This document shows, in pieces, positions 1 to 12,424 of a stretch of 64,000 nucleotides of DNA. Source of the stretch: Anaeramoeba ignava BMAN (Eukaryota > Protista > Anaeramoebae); assembly GCA_028826165.1 (NCBI GenBank), contig JAPDFW010000086.1, positions 124,001 to 188,000 of the forward strand, read 5' to 3'. The position numbers and the translations under genes are program-made. The notes under the pieces were generated by a model. That model was not told the origin of the DNA. It searched no databases and saw nothing but the letters and a program-made list of their open reading frames with translations. Numbering within the stretch: the stretch's first letter is position 1; every line of letters begins with the position of its first letter.

Positions 1-1
1 T

Positions 2-1744
2 ACAGTTGAAAAAGAACCAAATCATCAACCATATGAAAGAAAATCCAAATTATTTGAAAAAAAAATTGAGAAAAATGAACCAATTCATGTTTTTATTAAA
101 ATGAAAAAACAAAATGGAGAAGAAATTACTTTCGAAATTGATATTGGTTCAATGGAAAAAATTTCAGATTTAATGGAAAAAATTGCAGAAAAAAAGAATA
201 TTTCAATCGATAAACAAAAATTATTTTTTGAAGAATTAAGTTTAAGAAAAGAAAAAGGATTGAATGAATATGGAATTAGAGATTATTCTGAAGTTAATTT
301 AGTTCCTGAATATAGAGGTATTTTTTTAAAAGATGAAAGAGAACAAAAATGGTTTATTGAATGTGAATTAACTGATAAAATTTCAATTATTAAATGGAAA
401 ATGCAAGAAGAAAATGGATTCCCTTTCCCAAAAATTAGATTATTTTTTGAAAAAGAATTATTAGAAAATGATAAAACACTTTATGATTATGGAATCAAGA
501 TTAATTCAATAATTACAATAACTTTGGGTTATATGAGAACTACACAAATTTACATTAAAATGCAACCTCAAAAATCTTTACGAGTTTTTTTATATCGATG
601 GGATCCTATTATTGAAATTATGAAAATTATTGAAGAAAGAAAAGGAATTCCAATTCAAAAACAAGTATTACTTTATTCAGGAAATATTTTAGATCCATCA
701 AAAAATTTGAAAAATTATGGAATTAAACCATCTCAATCAATTATTTTAGATCTTGAAGTATTGAGAATATCTCAAAATATTAAATCAATAACAGATCGAG
801 ACATCCCAATAACAGTTAGAATTGCGTTTATTAAACCATCAGATAAGTTAACTAGTGTTTATGTGAAATCAAATGGGATTATCCAAGATTTAATGAATAT
901 AATCGAAAAATTTGAAGGAATTTCAATTGAAAATCAAATTTTGTTTCATAAAACAACAATTTTAGAAAAAGGTGTAGAAATTAATGAGTATCAAATATTA
1001 GATGATGCAATAATTAATTTAATTCCACAATTTCCAGGAATATTTGTGAAAACATCAACAGAGAAAAAACTATTTATTCCATGTAATGAAAATGATACAA
1101 TTGAATTCATTAAACAATCAATCAAAAACAAAGAAAAAAAGAATGAAAATGAAATCAAATTAATTTATCATGGAAGACAATTAGAAAATGAAAAAAAACT
1201 TTTAGATTATGGAATAACAAGTGGATCAGTTATTTTTTGGGTTTTACCTTCAAATGAATTAGGAATAAATCTTCAAATCAATTTACCTTCACGTAATCCA
1301 CTTCAAATTCCTTTTGTTCAACCAAATAAATCTATTGTTGAAATTATGTCAGAGATTGAAAAAAGAAAAGGAGTTCCATATTATAATCAAATTTTAAGTT
1401 ATTCAGGAAAACGTTTAGAACCTTTATCAAATTTAACAAATTATGGAATTGATTTTCAAACAAATCAATCAATTATTTTAGATTTAGAAATTGTGGAAAC
1501 TACACGAAATATTCAACCTCTAAAACAAATTGTAATTTCTTCTATTGAAAATCCATATAAATTTATTGAAATGAAAATTGCATTAAATGAAACTGTTTAT
1601 GATTTAATGGAAAGAATTAAAAAAACTGGAAACATTGAAAAGTTTCAAACTTTGATTTTTAAATCAAAAGAATTATTTTCAAACCGAAAACTTTATGATT
1701 ATGGAATAAAAGATGGTTCAATAATTTATTTCATAAATTATTAA
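2..1744 (+). CDS. Multi-ubiquitin-like-domain protein (at least 7 divergent UBL domains), 5'-truncated by the window
   Basis: Frame is open from position 2. Repeated UBL motifs (e.g. GIPIQKQVLLYSG, LIYHGRQLENEKKLLDYGITSGSVI, TLYDYGIK). No C-terminal GG. Confidence 0.8.
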   Translation, partial: TVEKEPNHQPYERKSKLFEKKIEKNEPIHVFIKMKKQNGEEITFEIDIGSMEKISDLMEKIAEKKNISIDKQKLFFEELSLRKEKGLNEYGIRDYSEVNLVPEYRGIFLKDEREQKWFIECELTDKISIIKWKMQEENGFPFPKIRLFFEKELLENDKTLYDYGIKINSIITITLGYMRTTQIYIKMQPQKSLRVFLYRWDPIIEIMKIIEERKGIPIQKQVLLYSGNILDPSKNLKNYGIKPSQSIILDLEVLRISQNIKSITDRDIPITVRIAFIKPSDKLTSVYVKSNGIIQDLMNIIEKFEGISIENQILFHKTTILEKGVEINEYQILDDAIINLIPQFPGIFVKTSTEKKLFIPCNENDTIEFIKQSIKNKEKKNENEIKLIYHGRQLENEKKLLDYGITSGSVIFWVLPSNELGINLQINLPSRNPLQIPFVQPNKSIVEIMSEIEKRKGVPYYNQILSYSGKRLEPLSNLTNYGIDFQTNQSIILDLEIVETTRNIQPLKQIVISSIENPYKFIEMKIALNETVYDLMERIKKTGNIEKFQTLIFKSKELFSNRKLYDYGIKDGSIIYFINY

Positions 1745-1933
1745 ATCAAAATCAAAATCCAATTTAAAATCAAAATCCAATTTAAAATTAAAATTAAATT
1801 TAAAAAATCAAAATCAAAAATCAAAAATCAAAATCAAAATCAAAATCAAAATCAAAATCAAAATCAAAATCAATATCAATATCAAAATCAAAATCAAAAT
1901 CAATTTTTCTTTTCTTTTCTTTTCTTTTCTTTT

Positions 1934-3083
1934 TCAAAAATAAACATTTTGGTCGGATTTCTGATAATGATTTTCAGTTTCAATAAAAGAATCAAAAAGT
2001 GATTGTAAATTTGGAATGAAATGAAGAAAATTAACAATAAATCCAAGAACTTTAAGATGATCAATTTCTGAATATTTTTGAGGATTATTAATCATATATT
2101 CTTTTATAAACAAAGGAATTTGATTAAATAAATGTTGAAGACGAATTTGGATTTTTTTAAAAAGTAAAAGTTTCTGAACAATTTTCTTGTAATTTGAAGT
2201 CATTTGATCAATTTGATTTTGAAATTGAAATAAATTTAATTTTGATTTTGAATTTGGTTTTGAATTTGAATTTGAATTTGAATTTGATTTTGATTTTGAA
2301 GTTTTTTCATAAAAAAGAAGAGCAATTTTAAACTGTTTTTTGAGTGATTTGATAATTGGTATAATTGATTCATTTTCTGAAATTGAAAAAGAATGATAAA
2401 TTAAAAAAGAAAAATCTTGATTTGGAGAATTTTCATTCTGGTGATTAAAATGAGGAATATCAAATGATTGAATTGTTTTTTGCATATTTGAAAATATTTC
2501 CATCATTGATTGATTTGTTTTTTTTTGTTCTGAAATGATTTTTTGTAAAGAATCAATATTTTTTTGATTTTGAATATTTTTTTGATTTTGAATATTTTTT
2601 GATTCATTTTTTGCTTGAGATTCTTCTTGATTTGGAGATTTATCAATAATTTCTGGATCAATTTCTCTCATTTCTTGAATTTCACTATTCAACATTAAAT
2701 TTTCATTATAAAGAGTTGCTATTCTTTCTTCTAATTGTTTTTGGATAACTTCTTGTTGTTTTTTTTCTTCTTTGTTGTAAAAGAATTTGTTGTTGTTGTT
2801 GAGAAATGGTTAAATTTAACTGCAAAATTTCTTTTTCTTTATTTTCTTTAATGATTTTATTTTTCTGGAATTGTTTTAAAATTTCAACAAGTTTTTTAAA
2901 AACTAAAATACTATGAATTTCACTTTTTGGATCAAAATCACTTTGAATTGGTGAAAATCCATTTAAACTTAGAAGATCATTTGTTTGAACAAGATCATAT
3001 AAAGGAGGATCTTCTGTTGAATTTAAATTTGAATTTAAATTTGAATTTTGAAAATATTCTTGATTGTTTTCATTGAAATCCAT
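1934..3083 (-). CDS. Hypothetical coiled-coil protein (two ORFs joined across one frameshift near 2760)
   Basis: ORFs 2706..3083 and 1934..2695 join as ...QQ-EEKKQQEVIQKQLEERIATLYNENL-MLNSE if one indel near the poly-T run is corrected. Confidence 0.5.
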
Positions 3084-3218
3084 TTTGCTTTTTTTTTTTG
3101 TTTATTTCTTTTGAAGTGAAAGAAAAAAAATGATTTTTAATTTTTGATGAAAAAAAAAAATATTTATCATTTTTTTTTTCTTTCGAGCTTTTTAAATTAC
3201 TGATTTTATTTCATTAAA

Positions 3219-4274
3219 ATGGTTCCATTTTTTCGAATGAGAAAAGGTATTCTTTTAAATTTATTTTTTCCCATTTAAATTCCTTTTTTTCTTTTTTAAA
3301 TAATAAAAAAATAAAAAAAAAAAAATATAAAAAAAAAGTGTTTATTATTTTATCAATTTTGGGAATTATAATTGGAGGAATTATTGTTGGTTGTTCAATT
3401 GGAATAGGTATTCAAGATAAAGATATAGTAAATTTCCAAAAGAAAACAAATTCCAAAAAAATTAAAAATTAAAATTAAAATCAAAAATTAAAAATCAAAA
3501 TTAAAATCAAAACTAAAATCAAAATCAAAATTAAAATTAAAACTAAAATCAAAATCAAAATTAAAATTAATATTAAAATTAAAATTAAAATTAAATTTAA
3601 AATTAAAATCAAAATTAAAATTAAAATCAAAATCCAAATCAAAATTTAAATTAAAATTAAAATTTAAAATTAATATTAAAATTAAAATCAAAAATTAAAA
3701 TTAAAATTAAAATTAAAATTAAAAATCAAAATCAAAATCAAAATCAAAATCAAAATTAAAATTAAAATTCAAAATCAATATTAAAATTAAAATCAAAATT
3801 AAAATCAAAATTAAAATCAAAATTAAAATCAAAATCAAAATTAAAATCAAAATTAAAATTTAAATCAAATAATAAATTTTGAAGGATTGTGATAAAAATC
3901 TTTGGAAATGGATTTTGGTTTGCAATATTTTCATCGCAATTAATGCTATTACTCTTCCTTTCAATTCTTGGAAAGATAAATTGGGAATATTAACTTTATT
4001 ATGTTCTTCACTTATGAGTTTATTTCTTTTAATTTGGTCAATAATTGGATTAGCTTGGGCAACAAAAAGTGGAATTGTAAAATAAAAAAAAAAAATTTTT
4101 TTTTTGATTAATTTTTTTGCTTTTCAAAATTTAATTTAATTTAATTAGAAAGATCAATGTGGAAAATTATATAATGTTACACTTGCTGATTCTATTATAA
4201 TTTTGATTTCGTTTCTTGTTTTATGTATTGTTTTTTTACATTTTAGTTATTTGGAAGCAAGATCTGCAATTTAA
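3219..4274 (+). CDS. Small multi-pass membrane protein, 4 exons
   Basis: Exons 3219-3246, 3339-3427, 3885-4076 and 4149-4274 with GT-AG introns splice in frame and give about 4 hydrophobic helices. Confidence 0.6.
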
Positions 4275-4362
4275 ATCAAATTCAAAATTCAAAATTCAAA
4301 AATATTTTTTTCATTTTTTTAATTTTCATTTTTTTCATTTTCAAAAATAATAAAAAAAGAAA

Positions 4363-6187
4363 ATGAATGAAATTTTATTTTTTGGTTGGAATAAATATCC
4401 AAAAATTATCAAAAATCCATCATATAGAGAAATAAAAAAACCAATTCAATTTAAATTTGAAAATGAAAATGAAAATGAAAATGAAAATGAAAATGAAAAT
4501 GAAAATAAAAATGAAAATGAAAATGAAAAACAAATTAAACAAATTTCATCAGGTGATTTTCGGAACAATTTTCCTTTTTGAAAATGGAAAAGCAGTAGAA
4601 TATCGATATTTAAAAGATTCAAAAAAAAATCCTCGAAAAATCCAAATTGAAAATATTCAAAAAGTAACTGTTGGTTGGCAACATGAAGCTATTTTAACAA
4701 TAGAAGGAAATGTATTTTCCAGAGGAGAAGATATTATTTCACAAAATTCAAATGAATTTATCAATATTTCATCATTAATTGAAGATACAAATGATAGAAT
4801 AATTCAAGATATTGTTTCTGGTTATCAATCAATTTATTTATTAACTTCAAATCAAAATCTTTATGGAATTGGTTTAAATCATTATGGTCAACTTGGTTTT
4901 GATTCTAAAACACTTCAAAAAACAGAAAAACCAATTTTAATGATGAAAAATGTTTCTAAAATATTTTCAGGAAGTACTTCAATTCATGTTTTTCTTTTAA
5001 ATTTAAATCAAGAATTATTTTGTTGTGGCTGGAATGAACATGGTCAACTTGGATTAGGAGAATCAAGAAAAGAAGAAACAAAAATCCATAAATTAACCAA
5101 AATCCAAAATATTCCAAAAAGCAAAATAATTGATATTCAATGTGGATATTATCATTCAATAATGTTGATTGAAAATGAAAATGAAAATCCAAAAAGAAAA
5201 CTTTATTCATGTGGAGATTATCAATTTAATGGACTTGGCAAAGATGAAAATACCTATGAATTTACTGAAATCAAATCATCTTTATTTGAAAATGATAATA
5301 TTCTTGATATTTCTGTTGGAAATGCTCATACTTTGATTTTAACTTCAAATTCAAAATTAATAGTATTTGGATATAATTATGATGGTCAATTAGGAACTGG
5401 AGATACAAAACATCAATTAATTCCAATTCAAATTAAACTTCCTAAATTAAGATTTAATGAAGATATTTCTAATTATCATATTTCTTGTGGATATGACAAA
5501 TCATTTCTTTATTATTCTCCTTCTCTTTCTCCTTTTTCTAATCTTGAAGAAGATTTGATAAAATTATTTAGAAGAAAAGAATTTTGTGATATTTCATTTA
5601 AAACCAAAAATGGAGAAATAATTGAAGCTCATAAATTAATATTGAAATATAGATTAAATCAAAATCAAATTGAAAAACTTCAAGAAATTATTTCAAAAAA
5701 ATCAATTAAAGAATCTAATCAAATATTTGAAATGATTTATTCAAACAGAATAATAAATCCAATATTATATTCTGAAATTAAAGAAATTATAAATTTAAAT
5801 GAAAAAATTGAAGAAACAATGAAAAGAATTTATTTAAACGAAAATGAAAATGAAAAAGATTTTATAATTGAAAGAAAAGAAAAGAAATATAAATTTCCAA
5901 AATTAATATTAATAATGAGAAGTGAATTATATCGAGGAATGTTTTTATCTGTAACAAATGATAAATCAAATAAAGTTAGAGATTATAGTGAATTAAGTAA
6001 TAAATCATTTCAAATATTTGAATATTGGATTTATTCAAATCAAATTAAAGATGGAATTGAAATTACAAAAGAAATCATTGATGAAATTGAAATTGGAATT
6101 GATTATTTTCAATTAAATCAAACAAATCCAAATTTAATTGATTTATTAATTAACAAATTTAATAATCAAAATCAAAATCAAAATTAA
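4363..6187 (+). CDS. RCC1-repeat + BTB protein, copy A (one frameshift near 4555)
   Basis: RCC1 motifs (GxNxxGQLG, CGxxHS) and a BTB start FCDISF...AHKLIL. The N-terminus matches paralogues in another frame. Confidence 0.85.
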
Positions 6188-6448
6188 AATTAAAATTAAA
6201 ATTAAAATTAAAATTAAAATTAAAATCAAAATTAAAATTAAAATTAAAATTAAAATTAAAATTAAAATTAAAATCAAAATTAAAATCAAAATCAAAATTC
6301 AAAATTAAAATTAAAATTAAAATTAAAATTAAAATTAAAATTAAAATCAAAATTAAAATTAAAATTAAAATCAAAATTAAAATTAAAATTCAAATCAAAA
6401 TTAAAAATAAAATTAAAATCCAAAATAATTTTCAAAATAATAAAAAGA

Positions 6449-8199
6449 ATGTTTATTTTTGGTTCAAATAAAGAACCAAAAATTATCAAAAATCCACCAT
6501 TTATAGAAATAAAAAACCAACTCAATTTAAATTTGAAAATGAAAATGAAAATGAAAATGAAAAACAAATTAAACAAATTTCATCAGGTTTTTTCAACAAT
6601 TTTCCTTTTTGAAAATGGAAAGCAATAGAATATTTAAAAGAAAAAGATTCAAAATCAAAATCCTGAAAAATCCAAAATTGAAAATATTCAAAAAGTAACT
6701 GTTGGTTATGATAATGAAGCTATTTTAACAATAGAAGGAAATGTATTTGCTAAAGGAGAAGATATTAATCCAAAAAATCCAAATGAATTTATCAATATTT
6801 CATCATTAATTGAAGATACAAATGATAGAATAATTCAAGATATTGTTTCTGGAGCTTATTCAATTTACTTATTAACTTCAAATCAAAATCTTTATGGAAT
6901 TGGTTCAAATCATTATGGTCAACTTGGTTTTGATTCTGAAACACTTGAAAAAACAGAAAAACCAATTTTAATGATGAAAAATGTTTCTAAAATATTTTCA
7001 GGAAGTACTTCAATTCATGTTTTTCTTTTAAATTCAAATCAAGAATTATTTGGATGCGGATGGAGTGAACATGGTCAACTTGGATTAGGAGAATCAAGAA
7101 AAGAAATAAAAATACAAAAATTAACCAAAATCCAAAATATTCCAAAAGGCAAAATAATCGATATTCAATGTGGATATTTCATTCAATAATGTTGATTGAA
7201 AATCAAAATCAAAATCCAAAAAGAAAACTTTATTCATGTGGATATTGGATATATAATGGATTTGGCAAAGATGAAAATACTTATGAATTTACTGAAATCG
7301 AATCATCTTTATTTGAAAATGATGATATTCTTGATATTTCTGTTGGAAATAAGCATACTTTGATTTTAACTTCAAATTCAAAATTAATAGTATTTGGATA
7401 TAATTATTCTGGTCAATTAGGAACTGGAGATACAAAACATCAACTAATTCCAATTCAAATTGAACTTCCTAAATTAAGATTTAATGAAGATATTTCTAAT
7501 TATCATATTTCTTGTGGATATCGAAAATCATTTCTTTATTATTCTCCTTCTTTTTCTAATCTTGAAGAAGATTTGATAAAACTATTTAGAAGAAAAGAAT
7601 TTTGTGATATTTCATTTAAAACCAAAAATGGAGAAATAATCAAAGCTCATAAATTAATATTGAAATATAGATTAAATCAAAATGAAAATGAAATTGGAAA
7701 ACTTCAAGAAATTATTTCAACAAAATCAATTAAAGAATCTAATCAAATATTTGAAATGATTTATTCAAACAGAATAATAAATCCAAAATTATATTCTGAA
7801 ATTAAAGAAATTATAAATTCAAATGAAAAAATTGAAGAAACAATGAAAAGAATTTATTTAAATGAAAATGAAAATGAAAAAGATTTTATTATTGAAAGAA
7901 AAGAAAAACAATATAAATTTCCTAAATTAATATTAATAATGAGAAGTGAATTATATCGAGGAATGTTTTTATCTGTAACAAAAGATACTTCTAATAAAGT
8001 TACAGATTATAGTGAATTAAGTAATGAATCATTTCAAATATTTGAATATTGGATTTATTCAAATCAAATTAAAGATGAAATTCAAATTACACAAGAAATT
8101 ATTGATGAAATTGAAACAGGAATTGATTATTTTCAATTAAATCAAACAAATCCAAATTTATTTGATTTATTAATTAACAAATCTAATAATCAAAATTAA
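6449..8199 (+). pseudogene. RCC1-BTB copy B, several frameshifts (pseudogene or assembly errors)
   Basis: Near-identical to copy D, but with multiple homopolymer indels at 6450-6680 and one near 7175. Confidence 0.7.
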
Positions 8200-8567
8200 A
8201 ATCAAAATCAAAAATCAAAATCAAAAATCAAAATTAAAATTAAAATTAAAATTAAAATCAAATTTAAATTTAAAATCAAAATTAAAATTAAAATTAAAAT
8301 TAAAATTAAAATTAAAATTAAAATTAAAATTAAAATTAAAATTAAAATTAAAATTAAAATCAAAATTAAAATCAAAAATTAAAATTAAAATTAAAATTAA
8401 AATCAAAATCAAAAATTAAAATTAAAATTAAAATTAAAATTAAAATTAAAATCAAAATTAAAATTAAAATTAATTATTTTGATCAAAAAAAAAATGCTTT
8501 CTCATCAAAACAAAAAAATTTTTTTCATTTTGATTAAAATTGAAATCATTTTTTTTTGAATTAGAAA

Positions 8568-9179
8568 ATGAGTAAATTATTAAAAGTAATAGCATTTAAT
8601 GGAAGTCCAAGAATAAACGGAAACACAAATTATTGCTTAAAAAGAATGCTTGATGTGATTTCTGATAAAGGAATAAAAACCGAACTATATCAACTAGGAA
8701 GCAAGAAAATTGATGGCTGTTCAGCATGTATTGGCTGTGAAAAAAGAAGATATTGTATTAAAGAAGATGATTGTGTAAATGAGTGTCTTGATAAAATGAG
8801 AGAAAGTGATGGAATAATTTTTGGATCGCCCGTTTATTTTCAAGGAATGACTGGACAATTGAAAAATTTTATTGATCGAGTTGGTTATTGTTTAAGACAC
8901 AACACAGATCAGGATAACCACTCCGATTTCTTTCGAAAAGTAGGCTGCGGTATCAGTGTTCATGCTCATGCTGGTGGTTCAAATACTCAATCTCAACTCA
9001 ATTATTTTTTTTCTTCTCTTGAAATGATTATTCCTTCAAGTATTTATGGGAGTCTTGTTACTGCAAGAGAGTTAAAAGAGGCTCACAAAGATAAAATTGG
9101 AATGATGACTATTGATCGTTTGGCTGAGAATATGGTTTGGCTTATGGAAGCCGTTAGAGATAAAAAAGAGAAGAAATGA
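8568..9179 (+). CDS. Iron-sulfur flavoprotein / NADPH-dependent FMN reductase family
   Basis: NGSPRxNGNT, CxxCxxCx5C (GCSACIGCEKRRYC), GSPVYF and LKNFIDR motifs. Intronless. Confidence 0.9.
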   Translation: MSKLLKVIAFNGSPRINGNTNYCLKRMLDVISDKGIKTELYQLGSKKIDGCSACIGCEKRRYCIKEDDCVNECLDKMRESDGIIFGSPVYFQGMTGQLKNFIDRVGYCLRHNTDQDNHSDFFRKVGCGISVHAHAGGSNTQSQLNYFFSSLEMIIPSSIYGSLVTARELKEAHKDKIGMMTIDRLAENMVWLMEAVRDKKEKK

Positions 9180-9348
9180 AAAAGAGCAAAAAAAATTTTT
9201 TCGATTTTTTGATTTTCCATTTCAATAAAAAAAATCAAAATTAAAATTAAAATAAAAAAGTGGAATGAAATTTTGTTTTTTTTTTTGATTTTTGAATTGA
9301 AAATTGAAAGAAAAGAAGGAAATTGATTTGAAATTTGGAAATTTGGAA

Positions 9349-12060
9349 TTAAATATCTAAATCAGTATGAAGTTCTTTTTCTTTGATAATTTCTTTAATA
9401 ACTTGTTTTCTTTTTTTCTTTTTATATAAAATAATTCCAATAATAATTATTGAAATAACAATAATAGGAATAACTATACCTAAAACTATTATTGTTGTGT
9501 TTGAATTATTATTAGGTTCATTTATTGTTGATATTGTAATTGATGTTGTTGAATTAATCCCTGAATATTGATTAAATAAACAATTTAAATCAGCTGATGA
9601 ATAAATTGAAATTTCATAATATTCTCCTTCATTTAATCCTGATGAAATTGAATAAATTGTTGTTAAATTTGTTAAACAAATTGATGTTGAATTATAAGTA
9701 AATGAATATGCTTTTAATCCACTTGATAAAATTAATGAATTCCAATTACATTCAAATCCATTAATTAATGAATAACAATTTAATGAAGTAATATTTCCTA
9801 ATTTAGCTCTTGTTGAAATAATTGAACTAGGTAATCCTAAATATGGAGTTTCACAATTTAAATCAACACATCCTCGAATTGAAATATTATATTCAATATT
9901 TCCAGATATTCCACTTATCATTCCAATTACTTCATTTCCAATTAAATCAAGAGATGTGAATTTTTCCCAATTTATTCCATTATCAAGTGAAATTGAATAA
10001 TTTTTTGCATTTGTTAATTTTGTGAAATTAAATTCAATTTCTTCAATTTTGGAAATTGTTTCATAAATTATTGGAGATGTTAAATTATCAGTTGTAATTG
10101 AAATTGATGAAATATATCCACATTTTCCATTTGAATTACATGATGATATATTGATTTGATATTCTTGATTTGGGAATTGAACTGTAAATTGTTGATTTGA
10201 TGAAGTTGGTCGATAATTTCCTGAATCATTTTGATAAATTGATTGATAAGTTAAATTATAATAAGATGGAATTGAACAATTAATTGGTTGATTCCAATTA
10301 CAATTAATATCTATTGAATTTGAAATTAAACATGAAAAATTTGTAATTTCTCCAAATATTAATGAAATTGATGATTCAACAATTTCTCCTTTATCATCTC
10401 CTTCACATTCATGTGTTCTACATCCACAAATTGAAATATTATAATCATTTTCACATTCTAAATTATTCAAAAAATAGGAAAGTGAAGAATTATCAACTGA
10501 AATGAAATATATTAAATCAAGTTCTGATTGATTGAGATAAGAAAGATTATAATGATTAAGATGAGCAATTCCTTCATTGATCTGAACATTTGGATAATCC
10601 CAAGTAACATTAATTGAATTATTTGAAGGATTTGATAATTGAAAATCTTTTACAGAATCAATTTTTGTTGTTAAATTAATAAAAGAAGAAGATTCACCAC
10701 ATTTCATTGTTTCATTATCACAAGCTTTGATTTGAATTGAATAATATTCATTTCCAGTAATATTATTATAAATTGAAGAATTAAATAATTGATAATAAAC
10801 ATTTCCATCTTCAAGAATTGGAGAATCAATATCAATCCAATCATATCCATAATTAATTTGATAAATCAAAGTTCTGAAAAATTCAACTTTATCCCAATAA
10901 CAATCAAATGATGAAAACAAAGATGAACAATTAAGAATATTAACTTGAGGAATTAAACTAGCTTCATAAACAAATGCTTGATCTGCGCCACTAGTTCCAA
11001 TAACAGTAAAATTCCCATAAATTGAAACAGAACTTCCAAATTGTGAAACTGAAGGTTGATTCAAGATTTTTTCTTCATTCCAATTTGTTCCATTATATCT
11101 GTAAACAAATGCTTTATTTGCATTAGGAGCACCAATAACAATAACATCTTCATAAATTGAAACAGACCATCCAAAATATGGAACTAAAGGTTCACTCAAA
11201 TTTTGTTCTTGATTCCAAATTGATCCATTATATCTGTAAATAAATGCTTGATTTGCATAATAAGCACCAACAACAGTAACATTCTCATAAACTGAAACAC
11301 TCCATCCAAAATATAAAGCTGATTCATTCAAAAATTGTTCTTCATTCCAAAATGATCCATTATATCTGTAAATAAATGCTTGATTTGCACCATAAGTTCC
11401 AACAACAAGAACATCTTCATAAATTGAAACAGAAAATCCAAAATATGGAACTAAAGGTTCACTCAAATTTTGTTCTTGATTCCAAATTGATCCATTATAT
11501 CTGTAAATAAATGTTTTAAATGCACCATAATCTCCAATAACAGTAACATTCTCATAAATCGAAACAGATATTCCAAAACCTGAAGCTGAAGATTCATTCA
11601 AAATTTTTTCTTCATTCCAATTTGTTCCATTATATCTGTAAACAAATGCTTTATTTGCATTAGGAGCACCAATAACAATAACATCTTCATAAATTGAAAC
11701 AGAAAATCCAAAATATGGAACTAAAGGTTCACTCAAAATTTGTTCTTGATTCCAAATTGATCCATTATATCTGTAAATAAATGTTTTATTTGCATATTGA
11801 GTGCCAATAACAAGAACATCTTTATAAATTGAAACACTCCTTCCAAAATTTCCTGTTGAATCTGAAAATTGATCTAATAAATTCCAAATCCAAGCTTCAT
11901 CTGGAGTAGAATAATATCTTGTTGTTCCTATTGTTGTTTCTAATTCTTGAATTATTGTGGAAATTGATTTTTGTTGTTGATTTTGATTTTGATTTGATTG
12001 AATTAAGAAAATATTGATAATTAAGAAAAGGAGAAAGAGAAAGAAAAGATTTGATTCCAT
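9349..12060 (-). CDS. Type I membrane protein: FG-GAP beta-propeller + fibronectin type III domains
   Basis: Signal peptide, ~48-aa repeats FGxSVSI...VIGAP, FN3-like segments (VTWD..., YNISI.GC), C-terminal TM followed by KKKKRK. Confidence 0.8.
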   Translation of the reverse strand: MESNLFFLFLLFLIINIFLIQSNQNQNQQQKSISTIIQELETTIGTTRYYSTPDEAWIWNLLDQFSDSTGNFGRSVSIYKDVLVIGTQYANKTFIYRYNGSIWNQEQILSEPLVPYFGFSVSIYEDVIVIGAPNANKAFVYRYNGTNWNEEKILNESSASGFGISVSIYENVTVIGDYGAFKTFIYRYNGSIWNQEQNLSEPLVPYFGFSVSIYEDVLVVGTYGANQAFIYRYNGSFWNEEQFLNESALYFGWSVSVYENVTVVGAYYANQAFIYRYNGSIWNQEQNLSEPLVPYFGWSVSIYEDVIVIGAPNANKAFVYRYNGTNWNEEKILNQPSVSQFGSSVSIYGNFTVIGTSGADQAFVYEASLIPQVNILNCSSLFSSFDCYWDKVEFFRTLIYQINYGYDWIDIDSPILEDGNVYYQLFNSSIYNNITGNEYYSIQIKACDNETMKCGESSSFINLTTKIDSVKDFQLSNPSNNSINVTWDYPNVQINEGIAHLNHYNLSYLNQSELDLIYFISVDNSSLSYFLNNLECENDYNISICGCRTHECEGDDKGEIVESSISLIFGEITNFSCLISNSIDINCNWNQPINCSIPSYYNLTYQSIYQNDSGNYRPTSSNQQFTVQFPNQEYQINISSCNSNGKCGYISSISITTDNLTSPIIYETISKIEEIEFNFTKLTNAKNYSISLDNGINWEKFTSLDLIGNEVIGMISGISGNIEYNISIRGCVDLNCETPYLGLPSSIISTRAKLGNITSLNCYSLINGFECNWNSLILSSGLKAYSFTYNSTSICLTNLTTIYSISSGLNEGEYYEISIYSSADLNCLFNQYSGINSTTSITISTINEPNNNSNTTIIVLGIVIPIIVISIIIIGIILYKKKKRKQVIKEIIKEKELHTDLDI

Positions 12061-12395
12061 TTTTGCTATTTTTTTTAAATTAAAAAATAAATATAAAATT
12101 AATAAAATAAATTTGTTTTGTGTTTTATTTATTAATTAAAACAAATTTTTTTTTTCTTACTTTTTTGTTTTTGTTTTTGTTTGTTGAAAAAAGGATGAGA
12201 AAAGAAAAAAATGATTATTTTTTTTTAATTAAAATTTGAATAAATTAAAATTAAAATTAAATTTAGGAATAATTTTTTATTATTAATTAATGATAATTTC
12301 TATTCAAATTAATGAATAAATTTTAATTTAAATTTTCCAAAAAGAAAAAAAAAGAAATTTAATAAGAATTTAATAAGAATTTAATAAAATTAAAA

Positions 12396-12424
12396 TCATT
12401 TTTTCATTTTTTTTCTTTTCAAAA
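12396..12424 (+). promoter_or_regulatory. Putative initiator-like TTTTCATTTT motif (example; recurs upstream of most starts)
   Basis: Also present before ATGs at 4363, 14380, 16893, 21770, 25059, 35893, 45017, 54010 and 56640, and inverted before minus-strand genes. Confidence 0.5.

Noticed and set aside
4956-5210. Recurrent antisense ORF MNKVFFLDF... in the RCC1-BTB copies
   Set aside because: Its recurrence follows from paralogy of the sense gene; no independent coding signal.
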